A stretch of DNA of 64,000 bases. Source: an uncultured Actinomycetota bacterium. GTDB lineage: Bacteria > Actinomycetota > Actinomycetes > Propionibacteriales > Nocardioidaceae. Below the pieces are notes generated by a model, which saw nothing but the letters and a program-made list of their open reading frames with translations, did not search any database and was not told the DNA's origin. How positions within the stretch are numbered: position 1 is the first letter of the stretch; every line of letters starts with the position of its first letter. Shown piece after piece: positions 11,503 to 21,841 of the stretch. The position numbers and the translations under genes were made by a program. The DNA lies in the NCBI GenBank assembly GCA_963767995.1, contig CAVYGL010000018.1:1392-65391 (forward strand). The letters are read 5' to 3'.

Positions 11503-11539
11503 TTGACACTGGATAAGTAAGTGCGATGAACTAACTAAT
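11503..11539 (+). promoter_or_regulatory. Promoter and candidate ROK operator
   Basis: TTGACA at 11503; AT-rich imperfect palindrome TAAGT-N11-ACTAA directly before GTG 11540. Confidence 0.55.
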
Positions 11540-12673
11540 GTGACCCAGTACACACCGGTCGGCCGTCCGTTGCGGCCGCAGGGCAAGCTCCTCCAGGAGG
11601 ACGCCCGCCGGCACCACCGCGCGCTGCTTCTCCAGCAGCTGTTCCGCGACGGCCCCGCGAGCCGCGCAGACCTGGCCCGCGCGAGTGCGCTGACCCGCGT
11701 CACGGTGTCCGACCTGGTGGGCGAGATGCTCGCCGACGGGCTCGTCACCGAGCTCGGCGCACCGGCGGGGTCGCGGGTCGGCAAGCCCCCGACGCTGGTC
11801 GGGCTCGCGGCCGACTCGCACCACATCATCGGCCTCGACCTGTCGGAGACCGACCGGATGTCCGGCGCGGTGGTCAACCTCGCCGGCACGGTCGTGGCCC
11901 GCCACGAGGTCCACGTCGACGGCGCCGAGGGGGAGCGGGCTGTCGAGCTCGTCCTCGGCCTGGCCGCGGACCTGATCGCCATGACCGACCGCCCGGTGCT
12001 CGGCATCGGCGTCGGCAGCCCCGGCGTCGTCGACACCTCGGGCACCGTCATCGACGCCCCCAACCTGGCGTGGACCGACACGCCCCTCGCAGCCCGGCTG
12101 GCCGACGCCCTCGGTCTCCCCGTCCTGGTGGCCAACGACGCCAACACCGCCGTGCTGGGCGAGCACACGTTCGGCGAGTCCGGCGACGGCGGCCTGATGG
12201 TGCTGCGGGTCGGCACCGGTGTCGGCGCCGGCTTCGTGCTCGGCGGCTCCCTCCTGCACGGTCACCTCGGCGCGGCCGGTGAGATCGGGCACGTCGTGGT
12301 CGACCCCGACGGGGAGCGCTGCGCGTGCTCGCGCACCGGCTGCCTGGAGACGGTCCTCGCGGCGCCGCGCCTGCGGCGCAGCATCGCTCGTCCCGGCGTG
12401 GATGCGCCGGCCGTGCTCGCCGACGTCGGCCGGCAGCTGGGCGAGGTGCTCGCGCCCATCGTGGCCGCCCTCAACCTGCACGAGATCGTGCTGAGCGGCC
12501 CCGCGGAGCTGCTCGACGGACCGCTGCTCGACGCGGCCGACCGGACCATCCGCGAGCGGACGATGCCGATCAGCTCCTCGGGGCTGGCCGTCCGCACCTC
12601 CAAGCTCGGTGAGGACGTCGTGGTCGTGGGAGCGGCCGTGCTCGTGCTCGCCGGAGAGCTGGGCGTCTCGTGA
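11540..12673 (+). CDS. ROK-family (NagC/XylR-like) transcriptional regulator
   Basis: N-terminal HTH SRADLAR...TVSDLV, GKPPT, NDAN, GEIGH, CACSRTGCLE. Confidence 0.93.
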   Translation: MTQYTPVGRPLRPQGKLLQEDARRHHRALLLQQLFRDGPASRADLARASALTRVTVSDLVGEMLADGLVTELGAPAGSRVGKPPTLVGLAADSHHIIGLDLSETDRMSGAVVNLAGTVVARHEVHVDGAEGERAVELVLGLAADLIAMTDRPVLGIGVGSPGVVDTSGTVIDAPNLAWTDTPLAARLADALGLPVLVANDANTAVLGEHTFGESGDGGLMVLRVGTGVGAGFVLGGSLLHGHLGAAGEIGHVVVDPDGERCACSRTGCLETVLAAPRLRRSIARPGVDAPAVLADVGRQLGEVLAPIVAALNLHEIVLSGPAELLDGPLLDAADRTIRERTMPISSSGLAVRTSKLGEDVVVVGAAVLVLAGELGVS

Positions 12674-12735
12674 GCGCCCGCACGGCCCGTACGACCCGCT
12701 CGGGCCCCGAGCGACACATCGATGAGAGGAACACT

Positions 12736-14037
12736 GTGGTGCGCATCAAGAAGTCACTGACCGGTGTGGCGGTCGCCGCGCTCGCGCTGACCACGCTCGC
12801 CGCCTGCGGCGGCGCAGACGAGGACGACGGGGGCTCGGCAGACGGCGACGGCGGTGCCGAGTCGGCGGAGATCCGCGTCTGGCTCAACGGCACGGACACC
12901 CCGCAGGAGGCCCGCGACTGGCTGAAGGAGACCTTCGAGGACGAGAACCCCGGCTCCACGCTGACGATCGAGCAGCAGGAGTGGGACGGCCTCGTCGAGA
13001 AGCTCACGACCGCCCTGTCCAGCGAGTCGGAGACCCCCGACGTGGTGGAGATCGGCAACACCCAGGCACCGACGTTCACGTCTGCGGGAGCGTTCTCGCC
13101 GCTGACCGACGACCTCGACGACCTCGGCGGGGACGACCTGCTGCCCGGCTTCGTCGACGGCGCCACCGTGGACGGGGAGACGTACGCCGTCCCCTACTAC
13201 GCCGGCTCGAAGTACATCTTCTACCGCAAGGACCTCTTCGAGAAGGCGGGCCTCGAGGTGCCCACCACGCTCGACGAGTTCGTCCAGGCGGCCGTGACGC
13301 TGAAGGAGGAGAACCCCGAGCCGGCGAACTTCTCGGGCTTCTGGTTCCCCGGCCAGGACTGGCGCAACGGCGCCGCGTTCGTCTGGGCCGCAGGTGGCGA
13401 CCTCGCGACCGAGGACGGCGGCGAGTGGACGGGCGCGCTGTCGTCGCCCGAGTCCGTGGCGGGCCTCGAGACCGCGCAGGAGCTCTTCACGCAGGCCTCG
13501 GGCGCGCCCAAGGACGGCAACGAGGCCGACCCGTGGACGCCGTTCTGCGCCGGTGAGGTCGGCATGATGTCGACACCCGGCTGGGTCAAGGGCCTCCTCG
13601 AGGACCCGGAGGCCGGTTGCCCCGACGGGTTCGCCAAGGAGGTCGGCGTGTTCGCGATGCCCGGCCCCGACGGCAGCCCGGCCCCGGTGCTGCTCGGCGG
13701 CTCGGACATCGCCGTCGCGGCGAAGTCCGCCCACCAGGACCTCGCCGCCGAGGCCGTCGCGCTGATGCTCAGCGAGGACTACCAGACGATCATGGCCGGG
13801 GCCGGCCTCACGCCCGCCCGTACGTCCCTGGCGTCCCTGCTCGGCGACGACGAGTACGCCGCTGCCACCGTCGACGCGGCGTCCAACGCCAAGCTCACCC
13901 CGGCCGCGCCGGGCTGGGCCAACGTGGAGGGCTCGAGGGTCCTGGAGGACCTCTTCAGCGCCATCGCCCAGGGCGGCGACGTCCAGGAGCTCGCGACGAA
14001 GGCCGACGAGCAGATGGGCAGCCAGCTCAACGGCTGA
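12736..14037 (+). CDS. Sugar ABC transporter substrate-binding lipoprotein (DasA-like)
   Basis: Lipobox LAAC, PDVVEIGNT, FYRKDLF. Confidence 0.9.
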   Translation: MVRIKKSLTGVAVAALALTTLAACGGADEDDGGSADGDGGAESAEIRVWLNGTDTPQEARDWLKETFEDENPGSTLTIEQQEWDGLVEKLTTALSSESETPDVVEIGNTQAPTFTSAGAFSPLTDDLDDLGGDDLLPGFVDGATVDGETYAVPYYAGSKYIFYRKDLFEKAGLEVPTTLDEFVQAAVTLKEENPEPANFSGFWFPGQDWRNGAAFVWAAGGDLATEDGGEWTGALSSPESVAGLETAQELFTQASGAPKDGNEADPWTPFCAGEVGMMSTPGWVKGLLEDPEAGCPDGFAKEVGVFAMPGPDGSPAPVLLGGSDIAVAAKSAHQDLAAEAVALMLSEDYQTIMAGAGLTPARTSLASLLGDDEYAAATVDAASNAKLTPAAPGWANVEGSRVLEDLFSAIAQGGDVQELATKADEQMGSQLNG

Positions 14038-14060
14038 CGCAGCACGACAGCAGCACCAGA

Positions 14061-14091
14061 GGCGGGGGCGGCGCGAGTCGCTGCCCCCGCC
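14061..14091 (+). terminator. Intercistronic stem-loop after the binding-protein gene
   Basis: GGCGGGGGCGGCG-cgagt-CGCTGCCCCCGCC. Confidence 0.55.
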
Positions 14092-14145
14092 GCTGCCTGC
14101 CCGCAGGCCACCATCACTGCAGCCCGACCTCGGAGAGGAGCAGGC

Positions 14146-15060
14146 ATGAGCGACATCGCCCGACCGCGACCCCCGCGCAGCACCCCGTTGCCGTACGCCC
14201 TCCTGGTCCCCGCCGTCCTCGCCCTGGCGTTGGCGCTGGGCTACCCGCTGGTGCGCCAGGTCGTGCTGTCGTTCCAGGAGTTCGGACTGGCCCAGCAGTT
14301 CGGCCGCCCGCCCGAGTGGGTCGGCCTGCAGAACTACCGCGACCTCGTCGGCGACGGCTACCTCTGGCGGGTCACCCTCCGCTCGATCGTCTTCTGCCTC
14401 GTCAACGCCGCGGCCACCATGCTGATCGGCGTCGGGCTCGCCCTGCTGATGCGCCACATGGCGCGCGGCGTACGCCTGCTCGTGCAGACCGGGCTGCTCC
14501 TCGCGTGGGCGATGCCCGTGGTCGCGTCGCTCACGGTGTGGCAGTGGCTCTTCGACACGCAGTACGGCGTCGTGAACTACCTGCTCACCCAGCTCGGCCT
14601 CGACTACGCCGGCCACCCCTGGCTGCTGCGGCCGCTGTCGTTCTTCTTCGTGGCGACCGTGATCGTGGTGTGGATGAGCGTGCCGTTCGTGGCGTTCACC
14701 GTCTACGCCGCGCTGACCCAGCTGCCCGAGGAGCTCCTCGAGGCCGCCGAGATCGACGGGGCCGGCGCCCGTTCGCGCTTCCGGCACGTCGTGCTGCCCA
14801 CGATCCGGCCGGTGCTGCTGGTGGTCGGGCTGCTGCAGATCGTCTGGGACCTGCGCGTCTTCAGCCAGATCTACATCCTGCAGAAGGCCGGCGGCAGTGC
14901 CCGGGACACCAACCTGCTCGGCACCTACATCTACCGCCTCGGCATCGGCGGCGGGGAGTTCGGGATGTCGGCCGCCGTGGCGATCTTCATGCTCGTGCTC
15001 ACCGTCGTGCTGACCGCGCCCTACGTCCGCACCATGCTGCGCCAGGAGGTCGAGCCATGA
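14146..15060 (+). CDS. Sugar ABC transporter permease
   Basis: 6 TM, EAA loop EAAEIDGA. Confidence 0.93.
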   Translation: MSDIARPRPPRSTPLPYALLVPAVLALALALGYPLVRQVVLSFQEFGLAQQFGRPPEWVGLQNYRDLVGDGYLWRVTLRSIVFCLVNAAATMLIGVGLALLMRHMARGVRLLVQTGLLLAWAMPVVASLTVWQWLFDTQYGVVNYLLTQLGLDYAGHPWLLRPLSFFFVATVIVVWMSVPFVAFTVYAALTQLPEELLEAAEIDGAGARSRFRHVVLPTIRPVLLVVGLLQIVWDLRVFSQIYILQKAGGSARDTNLLGTYIYRLGIGGGEFGMSAAVAIFMLVLTVVLTAPYVRTMLRQEVEP

Positions 15061-15896
15061 GCCGTCCCACCGCGCCCGCGCTGCGGGCCGTCGCCAACAC
15101 CGTCGGGGTGCTCGCCTTCCTCGTCGCGGCCTTCCCGGTCTACTGGATGGTGAACAGCTCCTTCCTCGACCGCAACGAGATCCGCAACCCGGTGCCGACC
15201 TGGGTGCCCTTCGGTGGCGACCTCGACAACTTCCGCACCGTCTTCGGCACCGACCAGTTCGTCAACGCGCTCAAGGTGAGCCTGATGGTCACCGGGCTGA
15301 CCATCGTGGTGGCGCTGCTCTTCGCGTTCGTGGCAGCCGTCGCGGTGTCGCGGTTCCGGTTCCGCGGGCGGCTCTCCTTCATCGTGACGCTGCTGGTGAT
15401 CCAGATGATCCCGGTGGAGGGGCTGTTCATCTCCCAGTACAAGATGCTCGAGGCGATGGAGCTGCTCAACACCGTCGTCGGCCTCACACTCGTGTACGTC
15501 GCGGGCGTGCTGCCCTTCACCATCTGGACCCTGCGCGGCTTCGTCGCCGGCGTCCCCTACGAGCTGGAGGAGGCGGCGATGATCGACGGCTGCTCCCGCA
15601 CGCAGGCGTTCTTCCGCATCACCCTGCCGCTGCTCGCGCCCGGGTTGGTCGCGACCGGCGTCTTCGGCTTCATCCAGGCGTGGAACGAGTTCACGCTCGC
15701 GCTGGTCGTGATGACTCGCGAGGACCAGCGCACGCTGCCGTTGTGGCTCACGACCTTCGCCGACGTCAACCGCGGCACCGACTGGGGCGGGATCATGGCC
15801 GGCTCGACCCTCATCGCCGTGCCGGTCATCATCTTCTTCCTCGTCGTGCAGGGCCGGATGGTCAGCGGACTGACCACCGGAGCGGTGAAGGGATGA
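15057..15896 (+). CDS. Sugar ABC transporter permease
   Basis: ATGA overlap; EEAAMIDGC, FIQAWNEF, GLTTGAVKG. Confidence 0.93.
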   Translation: MSRPTAPALRAVANTVGVLAFLVAAFPVYWMVNSSFLDRNEIRNPVPTWVPFGGDLDNFRTVFGTDQFVNALKVSLMVTGLTIVVALLFAFVAAVAVSRFRFRGRLSFIVTLLVIQMIPVEGLFISQYKMLEAMELLNTVVGLTLVYVAGVLPFTIWTLRGFVAGVPYELEEAAMIDGCSRTQAFFRITLPLLAPGLVATGVFGFIQAWNEFTLALVVMTREDQRTLPLWLTTFADVNRGTDWGGIMAGSTLIAVPVIIFFLVVQGRMVSGLTTGAVKG

Positions 15897-17318
15897 TCGA
15901 GGGCACCGACGTACGCACGCTCGCGCTGCAGGTGCTGCTGCCCGGCTTCGCCGGCACCACGCTGCCGGACGACTACCGCGCCCTCCTCGAGCAGGGCCTC
16001 GGCGGGATCTGCTACTTCGGCAGCAACACCGCCGACGGGCCGGCGGCTGTCGCGGCGCTGAGCGACGCCATCACGCAGGCGAACCCGCGCGCGGTCATCG
16101 CGATCGACGAGGAGGGCGGCGACGTCAGCCGGCTCCACACCCGTGAGCCCGAGCCCGGTGCTCGGCGCCGCGGCGCTCGGCGCGGCCGACGACCTCGACC
16201 TGACCGAGGCCGTCGGGAGGTGGGTCGGCACCGAGCTCGCCGCTGCCGGGATCACCCTCGACCTCGCGCCCGACGCAGACGTCAACAGCGACCCCGACAA
16301 CCCGGTCATCGGCACCCGCAGCTTCGGGACCGACGCCGAACGCGTCGCCACCCACGCGGCCGCCTGGACCCGCGGCCTGCAGTCGACCGGCGTGGCCGCC
16401 TGCGCCAAGCACTTCCCCGGCCACGGCGACACCGCCACCGACAGCCACCTCGCGTTGCCGACGATCGAGGTCGACACCGAGACCCTCGTCGCGCGCGAGC
16501 TGGTGCCGTTCGCCGCGGTCGTCCGCGCCGGCGTGGCCGCCGTGATGACCTCGCACATCGTCGTCCCCGCGATCGACCCCGAGCGGCCCGCCACCCTGAG
16601 TCCCGTCGTGCTGGCGCTGCTGCGCGACCGGCTCGGCTTCGACGGCGTGATCGTCAGCGACGCGCTCGACATGGCCGGCGCCTCGGGAGAGCTCGGCGTG
16701 CCCGAGGCCGCAGTCCGCGCGCTGGACGCCGGCTGCGACCTGCTCTGCCTCGGTCCCGACAAGCCCGCCTCGCTGGTCGAGGAGGTCCGCGACGCGATCG
16801 TGCGCGCGATGGGCGACGGCCGGCTCGCCGCCGAGCGGCTGCAGGATGCCGCCGCCCGCGTGCGGGCGTTGCCCGTGACCGGCTCGTCGCGCGCCGCACC
16901 GGACGTACGCCGCCAGGTCGCGGCTGCAGCCTCGGCACTGGTCGTCGACGGCGCCCTGCCCGACCTCGCTGGAGCACTGGTCGTGAGCGTCGAGACCACC
17001 GCCAACATCGCGGTGGGCGCGGTGGCGTGGGGGCTCGAGCCCGACCACCGCGTCGACCCGTCGACGGTCGGGCTGCGTGCCGCCGCCGTCGCGGACGGCG
17101 TACCCGTGATCGTGCAGGTGCGCGACGCGCACCGGCGACCCGAGGTGCTCGCCCTGCTGCGCGCGATCGCGGCGGACGGACGTCCGGCGGTGGTCGTCGA
17201 GTGGGGCTGGCCGGGTGCGTACGACACCGGGCTTGCGAGAATCAGCACCCGCGGCTCGTCCGGACCGGGTGTCACCGCGGTGGAGCAGCTGTTGCGAGAG
17301 GCAGGGTGGGCGCGGTGA
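15893..17318 (+). CDS. GH3 beta-N-acetylhexosaminidase (NagZ/DasD-like); frameshift near 16148
   Basis: IDEEGGDVSRL, KHFPGHGDTATDSH, SDALDM; one extra C in gagcccgagcccgg splits the frame. Confidence 0.88.
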
Positions 17319-18229
17319 ACGCCGCACTGGCAGGCACGCGAGCCGTCGGGCTGGACATCGGCGGCACCAAGACGCACGGCGTCGTGCTGGGCGAGGACGG
17401 GTCGATCCTCGCTGAGGTGCGCGAGTCGACGCAGTCCGGTGCGGAGGGCGTGCTCGCCACGGCGGGTCGGGTGTTCGAGGCCCTGGAGAGCGAGATCGGC
17501 GCGCCGCCGACCGGCCGTGTCGGAGTCGGTGTGCCCGGCCTCGTCGACGTGGAGCGCGGCGTGCTGCGCCACGCGGTCAACCTCGGCGTCAACGGCGACG
17601 ACCTGCCCCTGCGCGACCTCCTCGCCGAGCGGCTCGGCGTGACCGTGGTCCTCGAGAACGACGTCAACGCAGCGGCGCTCGCTGCCCGGGCGCTGGTCGG
17701 CGCCGACGACGTCGTCTACCTCAGCGTCGGCACCGGGCTCGCGGCCGGGATCGTCATCGACGGCCGCCTGCGCCGCGGCGAGCACGGCGCCGCCGGTGAG
17801 ATCGGGCACGTGCCCGTCGACCCCGCGGGCGCCGCGTGCGGCTGCGGCCAGACGGGCTGTCTGGAGACCATCGCCTCGGGGCGGGCCCTCGCCCGCGCCT
17901 GGCCCACGACCGACCAGCCTCCCGCCGCCGCCCTCTTCGCTTCCGCTGCCGCCGGCGACCCGGCCGCGGTCGCCGTCCGCGACCGCTTCTGCTGGGGCAT
18001 CGCCAACGCGATCCGGGTGCTCGCACTGACCATCGACCCGCAACGCATCGTGCTCGGCGGTGGAGTGAGCGAGGTCGGGGAGCCGTTGTGCGACGAGGTG
18101 GTCCGCCAGCTCCGGGCGCTGGGAGAGGGATCCCCCTTCCTCGCCTCGCTCGGCCTCGCCGACCGGATCAGCATGCTCCCGCGGCACTACCCGGTGGCTG
18201 CGGTCGGCGCCGCGATCGTGGGCAGGTGA
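17315..18229 (+). CDS. ROK-family sugar kinase (probable GlcNAc kinase)
   Basis: GLDIGGTK, ENDVNAAA, GEIGH, CGCGQTGCLE; no HTH. Confidence 0.88.
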   Translation: MNAALAGTRAVGLDIGGTKTHGVVLGEDGSILAEVRESTQSGAEGVLATAGRVFEALESEIGAPPTGRVGVGVPGLVDVERGVLRHAVNLGVNGDDLPLRDLLAERLGVTVVLENDVNAAALAARALVGADDVVYLSVGTGLAAGIVIDGRLRRGEHGAAGEIGHVPVDPAGAACGCGQTGCLETIASGRALARAWPTTDQPPAAALFASAAAGDPAAVAVRDRFCWGIANAIRVLALTIDPQRIVLGGGVSEVGEPLCDEVVRQLRALGEGSPFLASLGLADRISMLPRHYPVAAVGAAIVGR

Positions 18230-18248
18230 GCCGTGCCGACCTGGAGGT

Positions 18249-18401
18249 GTGAGATGGCTCCGTGAGGTCGCGATCGGCCTGACGATCCTTCCCGGCGTCA
18301 TCGACCTCCAGGTCAACAGCCTCGCCGGCACCGAACTGCAGGCGCTGCGCATCGGCAGCGACGGCCACCTGGCCTTCGACGAGCCGGGCTCGTCGCTCTG
18401 A
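18249..18401 (+). pseudogene. Remnant of N-acetylglucosamine-6-phosphate deacetylase (nagA-like)
   Basis: 50-codon frame containing TILPGVIDLQVNSLAG, matching the NagA N-terminal PG(F)IDLQVNG motif; last position of a GlcNAc operon. Confidence 0.6.
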
Positions 18402-18446
18402 CCGAGGCCGAGCACCTCTCTCAGGCGCGCTCGCTACGGTGTGGCG

Positions 18447-19738
18447 GTGGAGTCCGGAACCTGGATCGACGTCCTGCTCGTCCTCGCGTTCATCCTCGTG
18501 GGCGGTGTGTTCTCGGCGACCGAGATCGCGCTGGTCTCGCTGCGCTCGGGGCAGATCGAGCGCCTCGACACCCAGGGCGGGCGTGGACACGCGGTCGTGG
18601 CTCTCGCCCGCGACCCCAACCGCTTCCTCTCCGCGGTGCAGATCGGCGTCACCGTCGCCGGCTTCTTCTCCGCGGCGTTCGGCGCCTCGACGCTCGCGCC
18701 GTCCTTCGCGCCGGTCTTCGAGGGGCTCGGGACGCCTTCGCCCGACACCGTCTCCCTGGTCGTCGTCACCCTGGTGGTGTCGTACCTCTCGCTCGTCCTC
18801 GGTGAGCTGGTGCCCAAGCGGCTCGCGCTCCAGCGCTCGGTGGGGGTCGCGAAGCTCTTCGCTCCGCCGCTGGGTGGCTTCGCGCGCGTGATGACTCCGG
18901 TGATCTGGTTGCTGTCCCTCTCGACGAACATGCTCGTCCGCCTCCTCGGCGGCAACCCCGACGCTGCCGGCGACGAGGTCGACGAGGAGGAGCTCCGGAT
19001 GATGATCTCGGGCCACGAGGACATCCCCGAGGGCGAGCGCAAGATCGTCGACGACGTCTTCGAGGCCGGCGACCGCTCGATCAGCGAGGTGATGAAGCCC
19101 CGCGGCGACGTGGTCTTCCTGGCTGGCGACCTGACGCTGCGTGACGCCGTCGCCGTGATCGTGACCGAGCCCTACACCCGCTACCCCGTGACCGGGGAGT
19201 CGTTCGACGAGATCCTGGGCTACCTCCACCTGCGTGACGTGCTCGGCCACGCCGACGAGACGTCCACGACCGTCGCCGAGATCGTGCGCGATCTGCCTGT
19301 CCTGCCGCGCACCAACCGGGTCCTGCCCTCGATCGACCAGCTGCGCAGGCTCGGCGCGCACATCGCACTGGTGGTCGACGAGTACGGGGGCACCGACGGC
19401 ATCGTCACGCTCGAGGACCTGATGGAGGAGCTCGTCGGCGAGATCCACGACGAGTACGACCGCGACGCGGAGATCGCCGAGGCCGATGATCCCGGAGACC
19501 GTCGACGCCGGCGTGACCATCGAGGAGTTCGGCGAGCGGACCGGCGTCGAGCTCGAGGACGGGCCCTACGAGACCGTCGCCGGCTTCGTCCTGCCATGCG
19601 CTCGCGCGGATGTCGGTCGAGGGCGACCGGGTGCCCGTCGGGGACCACGTGCTGGAGGTGGCGGAGGTCGACGGCCACCGCATCACGCGCGTACGACTCC
19701 ACGCACCGGCGCCCGCCGAGGAACCGGCGGCGGAATAG
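18447..19738 (+). CDS. Hemolysin/CNNM (CorC/HlyC) family protein; frameshifts near 19485 and 19600
   Basis: FSATEIALVS, GELVPKRLAL, CBS pair, VDEYGGTDGIVTLEDLMEELVGEI, CorC domain YETVAGFV. Confidence 0.9.
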
Positions 19739-19825
19739 CGTTCGTCGGATGTCCGTTGAGCCGCGTAGAGTGTGGGTGCAGGCTGCGCTCGATGTGCTGG
19801 GTCGGCCTGCGTTGACAAGTCAAGA

Positions 19826-20192
19826 GGGGCTGATCGGTTTCGACTTGGGACGTTAGTTCCAGGGGAAGCGGGTCGAGGAGCCAGCGTCATCTCGTAAACG
19901 ACCGCTGGAAACTACAGTTGCCGACTCCAATCGCAACGACTTCGCTCTCGCTGCCTGAGCAGTGATCGAAGGGTCTGACCGGGCATCTGTCTCCGTCCCG
20001 GACCCAGGCCTCATCTAGGAGACTTGCTGGTCACTCTCTGTCAGGAGGGGTGATCGGGACTCAATCCTGACTGGGCCTGTCGGCGACGTGTCTGTGCGAG
20101 CGCCGGGGCCGAGAAAAGCGACATCACTGACTGCACCCGGAGAAGACCTGGTTCGACGCTCGAGGACCGGGGTTCGATTCCCCGCAGCTCCA
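19826..20192 (+). ncRNA. ssrA: tmRNA; tag (A)ADSNRNDFALAA at 19920-19958
   Basis: 5' GGGGCTGATCGGTTTCGAC, 3' GGTTCGATTCCCCGCAGCTCCA; internal ORF ending ALAA*; CCA end not fully encoded. Confidence 0.97.
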
Positions 20193-20200
20193 CTCGTCTG

Positions 20201-20242
20201 GAGGCGAGGTGTGCCCGCAGACTGCGCGGGCCACCTCGCCTC
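20201..20242 (+). terminator. Hairpin downstream of ssrA
   Basis: GAGGCGAGGTG...CACCTCGCCTC perfect 11-bp stem with an inner stem. Confidence 0.7.
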
Positions 20243-20329
20243 GTTGTCTGTGCCGCACTGCACGCGCCGGGCGGGGGCTTCGCCACCCGCACCCCCTGCT
20301 CCGAGGGTCGGTGGGGCATCATCCACGTC

Positions 20330-20821
20330 GTGACCGAGCTGGCGACACTGCGGACCAACGAGGGCGCCGCGAGCCTGCGGCGGGCGACCCTCGAGGATGT
20401 TCCGACCATCGTGGAGCTGCTGGCTGATGACCCGCTGGGAGCGGCACGGGACGGAACCGACGCATCGGACGGCGGGCAGCCCTACGTCCAGGCATTCGCG
20501 GCCATCGACGCTGATCCTGCCCACCTCCTGCTGGTGGCGGAGAAGTCCGGCCGGGTCGTGGCCACCATGCAGGTGAGCTTCCTCCCCGGACTTGCGCGTC
20601 GCGGCGCGCTCCGAGCCCAGGTCGAAGCCGTGAGGGTCCACGCCGATCTGCGCAACAGTGGTCTGGGTCGTGCCCTGCTGACATGGGCGAGGGGCGAGGC
20701 CGAGCGCCGCGGTTGTGCACTGATCCAGCTCACGAGCGACAAGCGGCGTCCCGATGCGCACCGCTTCTACGAGGGTCTCGGGTTCACGGCTTCGCACGAG
20801 GGCTTCAAGCTGGAGCTGTAG
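20330..20821 (+). CDS. GNAT N-acetyltransferase
   Basis: VEAVRVHADLRNSGLG, QLTSDKRRPDAHRFYEGLGF. Confidence 0.9.
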   Translation: MTELATLRTNEGAASLRRATLEDVPTIVELLADDPLGAARDGTDASDGGQPYVQAFAAIDADPAHLLLVAEKSGRVVATMQVSFLPGLARRGALRAQVEAVRVHADLRNSGLGRALLTWARGEAERRGCALIQLTSDKRRPDAHRFYEGLGFTASHEGFKLEL

Positions 20822-20834
20822 GGGTCTGTCGGGC

Positions 20835-21659
20835 TCATCCGACGAGCAACCTGTCAGGCTCATCGGCCTCCAGGTCGGGGCCAGCCTCGTCGCGGCGACG
20901 CCGGGCGAGCTTGAAGATCGTCAGCGCGACGGCGCCGACCAGGGCGTACTCGAGGCCGAGGAGCAGGTTCAGGCGGTCGCGGTCGGCACCGCTGACCATG
21001 GCGAAGAAGAAGGCGTTGCCGAAGGCGTTGAGCACGGCGTGCCACACCGCCGCCAGGGTCCATGAGCCCCTGCGGTGCCGGAGCAGCAGGAGCACGACGA
21101 GCTGGAAGCCGGCGTTGCCCAGGATGCCCACCACCAGCGGCATGTCACCGGTGAGCATGAGCGGGAGGTGCCAGATGATCCGCATGGACGCCAGCAGGCC
21201 GAACGCCCCGAACAGGCCGAAGCGGCGCAGCAGGACGGGTGCGGCGAAGGCGGTCCATCCCGCCTCCTCGCCGAGCCCGACGAACACCAGCATGGCGAGG
21301 AACGTCACCGGGACCTCGGGCCAGTCGCCGAGCTGGCCGGCCGTCGGCAGCGGTGCACCCAGCTGGTGGTTCACCAGCACGATCGCGACCTGCAGGAGGG
21401 CCGGTGCGACGAGCGCGAGGGCGTACAGCCAGGGCGATGCAGCCCAGCGCCGCAGGGACCGGCCCCAGGCGAAGAGCGCCTCGCGGCCCTGGCAGGACGC
21501 GACGACGAGGGCCGCCACGGCCGGCCCGAACGGCGAGTTCTCGGGATCGCCCCCGATCCCCACCGCAGCCAGCTCGTAGGGGAGCCACCCCAACAGGCAG
21601 GCAAGCACGGCGAACGCGGAGATCGGATATCTCCGGACGAGCTGGACGGGCGTGGTCAT
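20835..21659 (-). CDS. CPBP (CAAX/Abi) intramembrane protease
   Basis: GEEAGW, WHLPL, WHAVLN motifs; multiple TM. Confidence 0.88.
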   Translation of the reverse strand: MTTPVQLVRRYPISAFAVLACLLGWLPYELAAVGIGGDPENSPFGPAVAALVVASCQGREALFAWGRSLRRWAASPWLYALALVAPALLQVAIVLVNHQLGAPLPTAGQLGDWPEVPVTFLAMLVFVGLGEEAGWTAFAAPVLLRRFGLFGAFGLLASMRIIWHLPLMLTGDMPLVVGILGNAGFQLVVLLLLRHRRGSWTLAAVWHAVLNAFGNAFFFAMVSGADRDRLNLLLGLEYALVGAVALTIFKLARRRRDEAGPDLEADEPDRLLVG

Positions 21660-21841
21660 GCGGGTCTCCCTAGTTCCTGCGGCTCCGGTCGGAACCAGCA
21701 GTGCCACGCTCCCTCGGCCCGGGCACCTCCGGCATCGGACGCCGGACCCGACCTCGAGCGGCACTGGGGACCCGGGTCCGGGCGCCGGTCTCATCCTCCA
21801 GACCGACGTGGGCCGCCGCGGGGCGGACCTAGGCTGACGCT

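Noticed and set aside
15680-18229. GH3-ROK kinase fusion (849 aa)
   Set aside because: Artefact of the indel near 16148; the middle of the ORF is off-frame sequence.
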